Made by a program: the position numbers and the translations under genes | The notes under the pieces: generated by a model | Told to the model about the DNA's origin: nothing | What the model saw: only the letters and a program-made list of their open reading frames with translations | The model's database searches: none | In this document: positions 39,155 to 49,798 of the stretch, in pieces | How positions within the stretch are numbered: the stretch's first letter is position 1 | Layout: each line of letters begins with the position of its first letter | Assembly: GCA_036846345.1 (NCBI GenBank) | Contig: DAIUCD010000001.1 | Span: 194,723 to 258,722, forward strand | Direction of reading: 5' to 3' | Origin: Spirochaetota bacterium | GTDB taxonomy: Bacteria > Spirochaetota > UBA4802 > JAGODF01 | DNA length: 64,000 nt

Positions 39155-40249
39155 TTATTCATGAAATAAATCCTTTATTTTTTCCTTCACCGAATCATAG
39201 AAGCTCATGATTTCAGTAATTTTTAGCCTGTCGCGCTGCTTTTTCAGTATTTCTACAGTGGTAATGTTTACAATTTCCAGCAATTTTTGTTTATCAGGAC
39301 AATTAATAAAATAATCCATAGGAATCTGATAAGCACCTTTATATCTACGGGCACCTCCTGTTGACGTGATTTGTTTAATTATATGGTTTAAGTTCAATGA
39401 TTTATCTTTGGTTCTGAAAGAAGCATCCAGATACATTCCTGATCTGTTCTTCTGTCCTATTACAGCAAACACAATAACAACGTTTGCATTTTCCCAATTA
39501 ATAAGATAATCCGCAATAATGGCTATACTGTCTCTGAACTCCTCATCGACATATCCTATACCAGTCATCAACCAGTCTTTATGAATAATTATGTTTTCAA
39601 TGGCGCGCCAGAGTAGCGATACTGCTTCACTGGAAAACTGCCGGCTTCGGATCTTCTCCAATACTGATCTATCGACATATTGTCCAAGAAATTCTTTAGC
39701 TTCCTCCTCTAACGGACCCGAATGTAAAAAGTTATCTGTGTCTGTCTCCATGCCATAGAGCAATGCAGTTGCAATTCTGGTTAACAGATCCTCATCAATC
39801 TCACTTTGTATGTTTTTCAATACCAATGACATAATGGTGCTTACAGAGCCAACGTTTTCATTAATTATTCTAAACTCAACCTTCGCATCTTCTTTAGTTG
39901 GTTCATGATGGTCGATGTGAATAATGCAAGGAATTTTACCGGTCAGTCCCTGAACTGATGTCGTCTGAAAATCCAAGACGGCATACCCATCAAAAGATGT
40001 TATGTCATCGAAGTTTCTTATGAAAACAATGGGGATATTTGTCTTTTCAATGATGGCACTGTTTTGAGGAAGCGAAGGCTTTTTCAACGCTACAATGGTT
40101 GATTTGATGCCTGATAATTCAGCAATAACCTTCAAGGCAAAGGAACTTGCCAATACATCCGGATCCGGGGACCCCTGTATGACTATCAGAATATTTTTAT
40201 GTTTTGATAGTGTATTGACAAGTCCAGATGTTATTTCGGCTGTATTCAT
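39155..40249 (-). CDS. nrnA: DHH-family phosphoesterase (NrnA-like oligoribonuclease / pAp phosphatase)
   Basis: DHH motifs IVIQGSPDPDVLAS and IIHIDHHEP. DHHA1 C-terminal domain. Confidence 0.75.
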   Translation of the reverse strand: MNTAEITSGLVNTLSKHKNILIVIQGSPDPDVLASSFALKVIAELSGIKSTIVALKKPSLPQNSAIIEKTNIPIVFIRNFDDITSFDGYAVLDFQTTSVQGLTGKIPCIIHIDHHEPTKEDAKVEFRIINENVGSVSTIMSLVLKNIQSEIDEDLLTRIATALLYGMETDTDNFLHSGPLEEEAKEFLGQYVDRSVLEKIRSRQFSSEAVSLLWRAIENIIIHKDWLMTGIGYVDEEFRDSIAIIADYLINWENANVVIVFAVIGQKNRSGMYLDASFRTKDKSLNLNHIIKQITSTGGARRYKGAYQIPMDYFINCPDKQKLLEIVNITTVEILKKQRDRLKITEIMSFYDSVKEKIKDLFHE

Positions 40250-40348
40250 TTCATTTTTATCTTTTTTTAGGATTTATTTGATGATACGAAATGAATGAAA
40301 TATATTCAAATAAATATTAATTTGTGATCCAGTACGATGTATTGATTT

Positions 40349-43300
40349 TCAGAATAAAATCTTCTCGACCCCACCCTTTTTAGCCTTTGTTATAAAGTTT
40401 TTCTTCCATTTGCTCCCTAAATATTTATGAGCCAGATATACAGGAAGTGGCCAAACATCAACACTGTACTTGGCAGAAAGTCGTGATAATCCCTGAACAC
40501 AACTGGGACAGGTTGTTAGCAGTTTAATATTACCTTTTCCTGTAATAGCATCCAATTGCACTGATTTTCGTGCTCTCAAAGTTATTGATATATCCGGAGT
40601 AGATAAAGCCAGAGTCCCACCTTCTCCACAGCAATAGGGTATTAACGTCGGTGATAAGGTTTTAATTTCATTAAAAACTTTCTGATATCCCAATTTCTTT
40701 AACGGTGTATGACAGGGATCATGATACAGAACCGATTCTTCACATGAATCAGCATTGTTATATAGTCTTTCTTTTACTATAAACTCACTGATATCAATTA
40801 ATTCTGCACCTTCAAAGGTATTTTCTAATTCATAAACCTCCAGCATCTCATAACAGGTTCCACAGGATACAATGATATTATCTATTTCCAGATATGATAG
40901 AATATCAGACATTCTATGGAAAATTACTCTGTTTTCATAACTTTTCATTTCTGCCAATTCCGTTTTTCCATTCGCCTTTAGGGGATATCCACAACATAGG
41001 AATTCTGGTGGTACTATCACCCTGATCCCTGAATGGAAAAGCAGAGCCAGTGCAGAAAAACTGATGTTACTGAACATCCTCTCCGAACCACATCCCGGGA
41101 AATAGATAACCGTTTTTTTAACGGGTAATTCGTGATTTTCAAATATTAAAAAATTACTGCTCCCTTTCTGGCCAAATGTTTCCCTGAATGTTTTCTTGCC
41201 TGCTCGGGGTAATCTGGATTCCAGGTAATCCCCAATTTTAGGTACAATTGTATTAGTAATCGATCTTACTGGTTTATTCAAATAATAGGCAATCCTTTGA
41301 AAGCTATATCCAATTCGTAAGAGTAAAATACGAAGTATTTTATTAAAATAGTATCCCCGTTTTCTTAGGTATAGAAGTGTAAATGAGGTGATCAATTTGA
41401 ACTTCGCTTTTTTTCTATTTACGAGGAGATTCCTCGTGTCTAAGGTAACTTTACCGAAATCGATTTTAACAGGACAGGGAACCTGGCATTTATGACATAT
41501 GGTGCAGTGATCCGAAATCTCTCTTAATTTTTTAAAATGCCTGAAACTCAATGATTTTGATGTTTGAGCATCATAAAGGACAGCTTCAATAATAAGAGCT
41601 ACCCCCATGATCTTATTTCTCGGATTGTAAAAAAGGTTTCCTTCTGGATAATGAGTATTACAGACAGATTTACACTTTCCGCATCTCACACAAGAAGCTA
41701 TCGAGGTTGATAAGTTTTCAAGGTCGGCTGCCCTCAGGATGAAAGCCTCCAACTCCAGCAGATTAAATGAGGGGGTATAAATAAGATCCAAAGACAGTTC
41801 TGGTGTTAATTTCCCGGGATTGAACATGTTTTCAGGATCAGCCTCATTTTTATACGCACGATAATCATCCAATACTTCCTTCTCAATAAACCTTAGTTTG
41901 GTTAAGCCGATTCCATGTTCGCCTGATATAACACCACCCAAATTTACAGCTTCCCTCATAACATACCCTGCGGTTTCATCCGCCTCTCTCATCATGAGAT
42001 AGTCATTTGAATGTACGGGTATATTCACATGAATGTTTCCATCACCAGCATGCATATGAGTTGCTACAATAATTTTTCTCTTTTTCTGTTTATCAACAAT
42101 CTGATTGAACTTTGTTAACAAGTCCTCATAGCCTGAAAAATACTTTTTAAAATTCGCAATTATATCATTTTCAACTGAAAAATTAATAATACCATCTTGA
42201 ATTAATTGAAAAATCGTCCTTTCTTCATTGGAGTAATTTGATTCATATTTAAAAATATCCAAGGCGGCGGCATCTATGTTTTGAATAAATTCCAGATAGT
42301 TTTGTCCTAAGACCTTTAATGTATTCACGAAACCCTGTATTTTTACCTTCAGGAAGTCATCACTTCCCTCACTCTCCAATCTCATCATATACTGATCAAT
42401 ATCCCTGATGATATTGATATTATTTTCTAGTTCTTTAATATAATTCAACTTCTCAATAAAATCAGCGAATTGAGGCAGTTTTTCAATAGGGATTACTATA
42501 TCTTCATTTAACTTAAAGGCATTTGTATGTCTTGCGATGGCACCTAAGTTTTTCCGATCCTTCCAAAAAACCTCTCGTGACTGATCATCTGGGGCAACGA
42601 ATGCTTCAGTATTGTATTGCGCAACCATTTCGATCATTTCCTCACAGGACCGCTCAATCTTCGCTTCATCATTGCTTTCCATATCAATGAGTAAAACTGC
42701 CTTTGGTACCTCTTTACGAACCGATTTATTTCTATAATTAATAGCCGTTACATATTTTTCATCAAAATGTTCCAAAGCCGTAAGGAAAACATTTTTGTCA
42801 TTTTCATACTTTCGAATTATATCAACGATTGCCCTTGAGGCATTAATCATGTTGTTTCCGTAGAATTCAAGACAAAGGGTTCTACAGAAATTAAAGGGTT
42901 TATAAAGAACAAAACAGGCAGAAATTATGATGCCATCTCCTCCCTCCTTCTGTATACCTGGAACTCCTCCCAACGCCTTGTTTGTAATATCCTTTCCCAG
43001 TGATTTTTTCCTGATGTCCGTCCCTTTTAACTTTATTGTTCGAATCCTTGTATTACCAGTCTTTCCCTGCATATGATAGACATCAAATAATACTTCGTCA
43101 GCGGGTAGGATCTTTCTATAGGGATGGTCCCTTCTGTGAACTTCGAGAATATCCCCTTTTGAATCGATTAATTTAAAAGAAAATATATTGTCTATGGCAG
43201 TTCCCCACATAACACACTTTTTCCCACCTGCGTTCTCAGCTATGTTGCCACCAATTGTAGAAGCCCAGGCCGATGTGGGATCCGTTGCGAAGATATACCC

Positions 43301-44068
43301 TCTTTCCTTGCAATAATCAATAGCATCTTCTGTTATGACCCCTGCCTCTACTTCGATTATGGGGATGTTCATTCCAGCCTGAGTAACGATTTCAATCCCG
43401 CCTATCCTTTTCAGCTTTTCCGTATTGATAATAAGCGTATCTCTATTAACAGGAACAGCACCTCCAGTTAATCCAGTCCCGCCCCCCCTTGGTATAATAC
43501 TCAGATTTATTTTGGATGCATGTTTTATGATACTTCGTACTTCATCAACCGAATCCGGGTAGACTACACCTTTCGGATATTCGACTCTCCAATCCGATGC
43601 ATCCGTGGAATGGGCCACTTTTTGGAAAGCTGAAAAGTGAATATTCTCTTCTTTTGTTGATTCCTTTATTTCCGAATATATTTTTCTTCTCTCTTCTTTT
43701 TCTCGGCTAAAACTCTTGAAAAACCACTTTTCAACATCTTCACATTTTTTCACAAGCTTGGCAACGAGGGGGTTATTATTCGCTGACTTTTCGATGACAT
43801 TAAGTCGAATTCTATGGAGCTTCTTGAGCTTATTAAGCTTTTTTCTGTTCTCCAGCAGATCATTATAGACATAAGGATTCCGATCGATAAGAAAGATATC
43901 TCCGATATTTTCAAATAATAATCTTGCACTTCTCCCTGTAACTCTTTGGTTTCTCAATTCATCAATAATTCGCCAAGTCTCTTCATCAAAATATTTTAAA
44001 ATGATCTCTCTATCAGAGAAGGACGTATAATTGTATGGGATTTCTCTAAATTTGTTTTCTTTTTTCAT
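40349..44068 (-). CDS. YdiJ-like FAD-binding and (Fe-S)-binding oxidoreductase: N-terminal extension + FAD PCMH domain + FAD-oxidase C + 2x[4Fe-4S] + two CCG domains (1239 aa)
   Basis: RGGGTGLTGGAVP and GEHGIG (FAD oxidase). CVRCGKCKSVC...CHKCQVPCP (ferredoxin). CCG-like Cys-rich repeats at the C-terminus. The roughly 170-aa N-terminal extension is like E. coli YdiJ (DUF3683-like). Confidence 0.82.
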   Translation of the reverse strand: MKKENKFREIPYNYTSFSDREIILKYFDEETWRIIDELRNQRVTGRSARLLFENIGDIFLIDRNPYVYNDLLENRKKLNKLKKLHRIRLNVIEKSANNNPLVAKLVKKCEDVEKWFFKSFSREKEERRKIYSEIKESTKEENIHFSAFQKVAHSTDASDWRVEYPKGVVYPDSVDEVRSIIKHASKINLSIIPRGGGTGLTGGAVPVNRDTLIINTEKLKRIGGIEIVTQAGMNIPIIEVEAGVITEDAIDYCKERGYIFATDPTSAWASTIGGNIAENAGGKKCVMWGTAIDNIFSFKLIDSKGDILEVHRRDHPYRKILPADEVLFDVYHMQGKTGNTRIRTIKLKGTDIRKKSLGKDITNKALGGVPGIQKEGGDGIIISACFVLYKPFNFCRTLCLEFYGNNMINASRAIVDIIRKYENDKNVFLTALEHFDEKYVTAINYRNKSVRKEVPKAVLLIDMESNDEAKIERSCEEMIEMVAQYNTEAFVAPDDQSREVFWKDRKNLGAIARHTNAFKLNEDIVIPIEKLPQFADFIEKLNYIKELENNINIIRDIDQYMMRLESEGSDDFLKVKIQGFVNTLKVLGQNYLEFIQNIDAAALDIFKYESNYSNEERTIFQLIQDGIINFSVENDIIANFKKYFSGYEDLLTKFNQIVDKQKKRKIIVATHMHAGDGNIHVNIPVHSNDYLMMREADETAGYVMREAVNLGGVISGEHGIGLTKLRFIEKEVLDDYRAYKNEADPENMFNPGKLTPELSLDLIYTPSFNLLELEAFILRAADLENLSTSIASCVRCGKCKSVCNTHYPEGNLFYNPRNKIMGVALIIEAVLYDAQTSKSLSFRHFKKLREISDHCTICHKCQVPCPVKIDFGKVTLDTRNLLVNRKKAKFKLITSFTLLYLRKRGYYFNKILRILLLRIGYSFQRIAYYLNKPVRSITNTIVPKIGDYLESRLPRAGKKTFRETFGQKGSSNFLIFENHELPVKKTVIYFPGCGSERMFSNISFSALALLFHSGIRVIVPPEFLCCGYPLKANGKTELAEMKSYENRVIFHRMSDILSYLEIDNIIVSCGTCYEMLEVYELENTFEGAELIDISEFIVKERLYNNADSCEESVLYHDPCHTPLKKLGYQKVFNEIKTLSPTLIPYCCGEGGTLALSTPDISITLRARKSVQLDAITGKGNIKLLTTCPSCVQGLSRLSAKYSVDVWPLPVYLAHKYLGSKWKKNFITKAKKGGVEKILF

Positions 44069-44297
44069 TTTCGTCTACCAAATCTACATATCGAGATTAT
44101 AAACCTTATTCATAATACTGCTCATAACATTATATTCACTTAATTCCTATGCTATAAATTTACTCCTACTGCCTATCCCTTCCATATTATTTCATAATGG
44201 ATACAATACTTATGCATTACCCTCGATGCAATACTCCAATCAATTTCTTCGCTATAAAAGGATTAAGATAGGTTTTGTTACAGGCAGATGTAATATA

Positions 44298-45338
44298 CTA
44301 TTCTTCGTTGTCAAATAGAGATGATTGTGAAACATCATTTAATCTTTTATTTGAAATGCCTAGATGACTATAGGCAAATCTTGTTGCCATTCTACCTCGC
44401 TGCGTTCGCTTTATAAGTCCTATCTGGACTAAAAACGGTTCGTAAAACTCTTCAATAGTATCAACTTCCTCCCCTACAGAGATTGCCAGTGTTTTTATTC
44501 CTACAGGCCCGCCATCATATTTCTCAATAATAGAAATGAGAAGCTTTCTATCCATTTCGTCCAGACCCAATTCATCAATGTCAAGTCTGCTAAGCGCGTA
44601 TTTAGTAATATCTAAGCTTATCCCCTTATTGTTTTGTACTGTTGCAAAATCAGTTACCCGTTTTAATAATCTATTAACGATTCTAGGAGTGAATCTTGAT
44701 CTTTTTGCAATTTCCTGGGCTGCATCATTATCTATTTTAATACCAATGATATTTGCTGATCGCAATGCAATACTGGCCAAATCTTCCTGGTTATAATAGT
44801 TTAATCTTACAGGTATACCAAAGCGATCTCTTAACGCTGCGGTGAGCAATCCGGTCCGTGTGGTTGCACCAATTAGAGTAAACGGGGAGAGATTGATCTT
44901 AATTGTCTTAGCCCCTACCCCTTGACCAATGATAATATCAATGCTCTTGTCCTCCATTGCAGGATAAAGTATTTCCTCTATCGCTGGTGACAATCTATGA
45001 ATCTCATCGATAAAGAGCACATCATTTTCTTCCAATGATGTTAAAATTGAAGCCAAATCCCCTGCTTTATCAATAACCGGTGCTGATGTAGCCTTAATAT
45101 TGACCCCCAGTTCTCTTGCGATGATCATTGCCAAAGTCGTCTTCCCAAGCCCGGGCGGACCTGCCAATAATACATGGTCTAAGGGTTGTTTTCTAATTTT
45201 TGATGATTTTATAAAAACAGAAAGGTTTTCAACTAATTGCTTTTGGCCGATAAATTCACTCAATGAATGCGGTCGAAGTGATTGTTCTTCATCATCTTGA
45301 ATGAGTCCTGCATGAGTCAGGCGGGATAATTCTTCCAT
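44298..45338 (-). CDS. ruvB: Holliday junction branch-migration helicase RuvB
   Basis: Walker [16 protein letters not shown], sensor motifs, and a winged-helix C-terminus. Confidence 0.92.
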   Translation of the reverse strand: MEELSRLTHAGLIQDDEEQSLRPHSLSEFIGQKQLVENLSVFIKSSKIRKQPLDHVLLAGPPGLGKTTLAMIIARELGVNIKATSAPVIDKAGDLASILTSLEENDVLFIDEIHRLSPAIEEILYPAMEDKSIDIIIGQGVGAKTIKINLSPFTLIGATTRTGLLTAALRDRFGIPVRLNYYNQEDLASIALRSANIIGIKIDNDAAQEIAKRSRFTPRIVNRLLKRVTDFATVQNNKGISLDITKYALSRLDIDELGLDEMDRKLLISIIEKYDGGPVGIKTLAISVGEEVDTIEEFYEPFLVQIGLIKRTQRGRMATRFAYSHLGISNKRLNDVSQSSLFDNEE

Positions 45339-45339
45339 T

Positions 45340-45816
45340 TTACTTCGTTTTTAAATTCTGCTCATATTTCTGAATTTCCTTCAATATCGCATCAGATGAC
45401 TTTAACGTCAGCATTTTTTCCCTTAATTCATCATTATTCATGATTTTTGCGATATTGGCAAGTGTCTTGATGTGATGTGTCAGTTTATTCTTTGGTACGA
45501 GAAGCAAGATAGCTATTCTTACTGGTATACTGTCTATAGAGTCGAAATCGATTCCACTTTCACAGATGGATAGTATGATAATGATCTCATTTACCTTTGC
45601 CGTAGTACAATGAGGTATGGCAACACTTTTACCAATCCCTGTACTCATCGATTTTTCACGCTCTATTAATGCTTTTCTGACACTCTCCTCGTCTTCGTCC
45701 TTTATTTCCTTGTTTTTTACCGCAAGTTCGAGCATCTCCTTTATCAGATCCCAGCGCGTCTTTGCTTTTGCATTTATAATTATATTATGTTTTTTTAAAT
45801 TTTCAGAAAGAATCAT
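45340..45816 (-). CDS. ptsN: PTS EIIA-type-2 protein (PtsN / EIIA-Ntr-like)
   Basis: [13 protein letters not shown] phospho-histidine region; about 158 aa. Its stop is immediately adjacent to the ruvB start. Confidence 0.7.
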   Translation of the reverse strand: MILSENLKKHNIIINAKAKTRWDLIKEMLELAVKNKEIKDEDEESVRKALIEREKSMSTGIGKSVAIPHCTTAKVNEIIIILSICESGIDFDSIDSIPVRIAILLLVPKNKLTHHIKTLANIAKIMNNDELREKMLTLKSSDAILKEIQKYEQNLKTK

Positions 45817-45959
45817 ACCTGATCATCAATCAATCCCATTAAATTCAAGCCGCATCAATTATACTTGTATCTATCAATACACATACAATAAAAAGGTGAT
45901 ACATTTATCACAATTAACGTTGAGAGATGAATTCGTCAAGTGTATTATTATTACACTTA

Positions 45960-46799
45960 TTAATTGATTCTCTCTATTTTTACTCCTTTATCAGGTTTTA
46001 TTTCAGTAATTTCTTTTTTCCTTATTTTTGCATTATGCTTAATGCTTTTGAATCTAATACTCATTCGATCTCCAGTTGCTTGAGAATAGAACCGTATCGA
46101 TTTGTAATACAGCGTTTTACTTTTATAATAAGGATTTTCCATATAGAATTCGTACTTTTCCTTTGTTACTTTATTTATGATGAGTATTTTTTCTGGAATA
46201 CTGTTCTTCATCACGATTGTTTGAAATTGATAATCGTTCTCAAGGATTAGAAAAGATTCTTTATTTTCTTTATCTTTCCCATCCTTTTCTGTTAGACTTT
46301 GTTTTATGCTATAATTTTTTATTATGGGAATCATTCCCATGGTTAATGTGCTCACAAAGAAATAATCCAAGTCTAAATCAGTATAGGATTTAAAATTAAT
46401 CTTTGTTGCCTTATCCAGATATAGCTTTTTCTCGACAGGGAAATAAAACTTAATATTATCTCCATCTTGAGCCATTATAGTAAGAGGGCTTTTAAATACA
46501 TAATCATAAAATATTATCATCATTCTTCTAGGCTCCTTTGTAAAGAACGCCTTCCCCAACGATTTAAAATTTTTTTTCCCCTTGAATTTCCCTTCTACAA
46601 TGAATTCCATTTTAAAGGAAGATGCTGAATTTGAGTTTATCACCTCAATGGATTTAATCATCGAAAGTGCTTTTTCATTTTTTGAAGTAATATATTCTTT
46701 CGTTTCTTTGACATTACTTTTTGTACAGTATGTAGTAATAAATACCACTAAAACCATTATTGGAACTACATAAGAAAACCGCATATTATATAACCTCAC
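45960..46799 (-). CDS. Lipoprotein, LolA/DUF4292-like fold suspected
   Basis: Signal peptide plus Cys (TTYCTKS). Low-complexity, Lys-rich, beta-rich protein. 4-bp overlap with the upstream TPR gene. Confidence 0.35.
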   Translation of the reverse strand: MRLYNMRFSYVVPIMVLVVFITTYCTKSNVKETKEYITSKNEKALSMIKSIEVINSNSASSFKMEFIVEGKFKGKKNFKSLGKAFFTKEPRRMMIIFYDYVFKSPLTIMAQDGDNIKFYFPVEKKLYLDKATKINFKSYTDLDLDYFFVSTLTMGMIPIIKNYSIKQSLTEKDGKDKENKESFLILENDYQFQTIVMKNSIPEKILIINKVTKEKYEFYMENPYYKSKTLYYKSIRFYSQATGDRMSIRFKSIKHNAKIRKKEITEIKPDKGVKIERIN

Positions 46800-48655
46800 C
46801 GAACATTTTTTTCATACTTATTAATCTTTCGCTTCACAACAGGATTCTTTTCAAGTTGAAATGATTTTTTCCAGTAATCAACAGCCTTTTTATAATCTCC
46901 AATAGTTTTATAGGTATCTCCAATATGATCATAAACAACCGCATCAGGGGATTTTTCATAATCAAGTTGTTTTTCCGCATCAAGCAAAGTTTTCAATGCT
47001 TCTTGATATACACCTTTGCGATATAACGCCCATCCTAATGAATCCAGGTAAGCTCCGTTCATCGGCTCCAGTTGAAGAGCTTTTTTTATTAATTTGATGG
47101 ATTCATCAAGGTAAATATTATTATCAGCATAAAGATAACCTAGATAATTATACGCCTTTGCATTTTTAGGGTTATATTGAATTGCCAATTTCAGCATTTC
47201 TATTGTTTCCCGTATTTTTTTCTGTTTTTCCAGGACTGTTGCTAAATAGAAATAGTAAGTATCATTTTTATTTAAATCAAGAGCCATTTTCATGTATTTT
47301 TCTGCCATAGGATACTTTTCATCATAGGAATAGGATAATCCCTTCAAGAAATAGGGTCGATGGTTTTGTGGCTCCATACTTATGGCCTGATCAAAATATT
47401 TAACAGATTCCCTGTAATCCTTAATTTTACTGTATAAATAACCCAGATGTATGATAAGCTCAATGTCCTTTCTAATTTCATTGGCTTTTTCGTAATAATG
47501 AATGGCCAAGTGTGTTTTCCCTGTATCTTCATTTATCCTACCCAGATAAAAATAGACTTCTGGAATTTTATCATTTATACTTACAACCTTCAATAAGTAC
47601 TTTTTAGACAAGAAGTATTCCTTAGCATTGTATAACAATAATCCAGCAGTGAAGAACTCACTCAGGGCACCTTTTCTCATCTCTCTATGAAGCAGGATTT
47701 TACCCATTGCAATATGCGGTGTTATCAGCCTGGGGTATTTTTCAATTATATATTTCAAACTCCCCTCAGCCCTCCTATCATCTCTATATATTTCACTTAT
47801 CAGAGATTGTGACAGGAACCCCTCCAGTGACATGTTTCCAATTGCTTTTCTTAGATACTGTACAGCTCTGGGATCATCCTCGATATAATATATTCTACCC
47901 ATGTAGGAGTTGATCTTAGCGTTCTCTGGATATTTTCTTAAGTAGTGCAGGCAATATTTTTTTGCTTCCTCAATTCTATATTGCTCCATCAACAATGTGG
48001 CCAGTATATATACGGTTGAATAGTTATCAGCATTAACATCTACGGCCATTTTAAAACAAACAATGCTGTTTTTCATATCCCGCCTCAAGTAATATATAAA
48101 ACCCAGATGATAATAGGCATACTCCTTATAGTATAAATCAACAGTTTGTCTTTGTGATAAATCTATAATATACTGAAAGTGTTGCTTCGCCCTTTTATAA
48201 TCTTTAATTTGATTATAATATAAAAGTCCCAGCGAGTAACGAACATCAACCAGGTCCGGTTGTGCTTTTATCAACCTCTCATAAATATCAATTGCATCAT
48301 TGTAATTATTCAGTTTGGTATAAATATTAAACAGCATTTTATAAGGATCAATAAATCTACTATTCTCACCAATGGCTTTTTGATAATTATCTATTGCCTT
48401 GTCAAATTGCGACTGCTGATAATAACAGTCAGCTATATGAAAATAAACCCTGTGTCTTCCCTCCCGGTCCTTTAGAGCTCTGTTAAAGTACTCCAGGGCT
48501 TTCGAGAAATCCTTTTTATACAGGTAAAATAATCCCGTGCTGTAATCATTCCATCTTTCACTAGTTTTACTCTTTGAATCAATTTCACCAAAAACAATCC
48601 CTCTGGAAGCAGCCAATATACTAATTAACATAATTGTGATAATACTTTTTTTCAT
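46796..48655 (-). CDS. Secreted tetratricopeptide-repeat (TPR) protein (619 aa)
   Basis: Signal peptide. More than 12 TPR-like A..Y.LG..Y repeats. Confidence 0.8.
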   Translation of the reverse strand: MKKSIITIMLISILAASRGIVFGEIDSKSKTSERWNDYSTGLFYLYKKDFSKALEYFNRALKDREGRHRVYFHIADCYYQQSQFDKAIDNYQKAIGENSRFIDPYKMLFNIYTKLNNYNDAIDIYERLIKAQPDLVDVRYSLGLLYYNQIKDYKRAKQHFQYIIDLSQRQTVDLYYKEYAYYHLGFIYYLRRDMKNSIVCFKMAVDVNADNYSTVYILATLLMEQYRIEEAKKYCLHYLRKYPENAKINSYMGRIYYIEDDPRAVQYLRKAIGNMSLEGFLSQSLISEIYRDDRRAEGSLKYIIEKYPRLITPHIAMGKILLHREMRKGALSEFFTAGLLLYNAKEYFLSKKYLLKVVSINDKIPEVYFYLGRINEDTGKTHLAIHYYEKANEIRKDIELIIHLGYLYSKIKDYRESVKYFDQAISMEPQNHRPYFLKGLSYSYDEKYPMAEKYMKMALDLNKNDTYYFYLATVLEKQKKIRETIEMLKLAIQYNPKNAKAYNYLGYLYADNNIYLDESIKLIKKALQLEPMNGAYLDSLGWALYRKGVYQEALKTLLDAEKQLDYEKSPDAVVYDHIGDTYKTIGDYKKAVDYWKKSFQLEKNPVVKRKINKYEKNVR

Positions 48656-48931
48656 ATTTTATCATTCCACCTTTTTTCTATTGAAATATAAATGATCTTA
48701 TAATCAAGTTCATGAATCATTACCATATATCGTGTCAATAGTCTCTTGATATATTATATTATGTATCTTTTCAATGCACGGTGTATCAATTATATTTATA
48801 TTAATGATTATCTAATCAAAAAAGGATTGCGAAAAATTATTATATTCCTAATACTTCATGACAGCAACCATTAAATCATTTATAAGTATTTCTGTTTTTC
48901 AACTGCCTTTTATATTAATGGGGGATAAAAT

Positions 48932-49624
48932 ATGCTTGGATTAGATCCTCTCTATTGGGCCATGATGGCTCCAGTAATGCTTTTATCTTTATGGGCCTCA
49001 TTTAGGGTAAAACGTTCTTTTCATAAATTTTCTCAGATCCCTTCCTTCTCTGGAATGACGGGAGCAGAAGTTGCTCAACTAATACTACAACGCAATGGTT
49101 TGGGAGATATCCCCGTAGAGGAAACATCTGGCTTCTTATCCGATCATTACGATCCAGGCCGAAAAGTAGTCCGGCTATCACCAGATGTATTTCGTAGTAA
49201 TTCCTTAGCGGCAATCGGGGTAGCTGCTCATGAGACAGGTCATGCCATTCAACATAAAAATGCCTATGGCCCCCTTGTTTTGAGAAATACCATGGCGCCA
49301 GTCGCTTCCATTGGTTCTAATCTTTCATGGATTATCATAATTGCAGGTTTTGTTCTTGGTTTGATGGGATTAGTTAAAATCGGCATTATCGCCTTTTCCA
49401 TAGTAGTTTTCTTTCAGATTATTACCCTTCCTGTCGAATTCAATGCATCCTCAAGAGCCAAAGAATTACTCGTCTCATATGGGATTGTAAGCTCCAACGA
49501 AATTGATAGTGTAAAAAAAGTTCTTTCCGCTGCGGCTATGACCTATGTTGCAGCTGCTGCATCCGCCATAGCCACACTAATCTATTTTCTAATTCGAGCA
49601 GGATTGTTCGCCAGAGATGATTAA
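48932..49624 (+). CDS. Membrane-bound putative neutral zinc metallopeptidase (PF04298-like)
   Basis: HExxH as AAHETGHAIQH, flanked by transmembrane segments. Size about 230 aa. Confidence 0.72.
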   Translation: MLGLDPLYWAMMAPVMLLSLWASFRVKRSFHKFSQIPSFSGMTGAEVAQLILQRNGLGDIPVEETSGFLSDHYDPGRKVVRLSPDVFRSNSLAAIGVAAHETGHAIQHKNAYGPLVLRNTMAPVASIGSNLSWIIIIAGFVLGLMGLVKIGIIAFSIVVFFQIITLPVEFNASSRAKELLVSYGIVSSNEIDSVKKVLSAAAMTYVAAAASAIATLIYFLIRAGLFARDD

Positions 49625-49798
49625 TACATAACTGTTCAATTAAAATGAAACAGAGGGATATAAATTATATTATTAAAAATCAAACATATCTCAAAAACCC
49701 TTTTCAATAGTATTCTTAAGTTCTTTGTATCCATAAAGGATTTTCTAGTTTATGATATTCGCACAACTTTCCGGAATTTCGAACTTCATAACGGAGAG

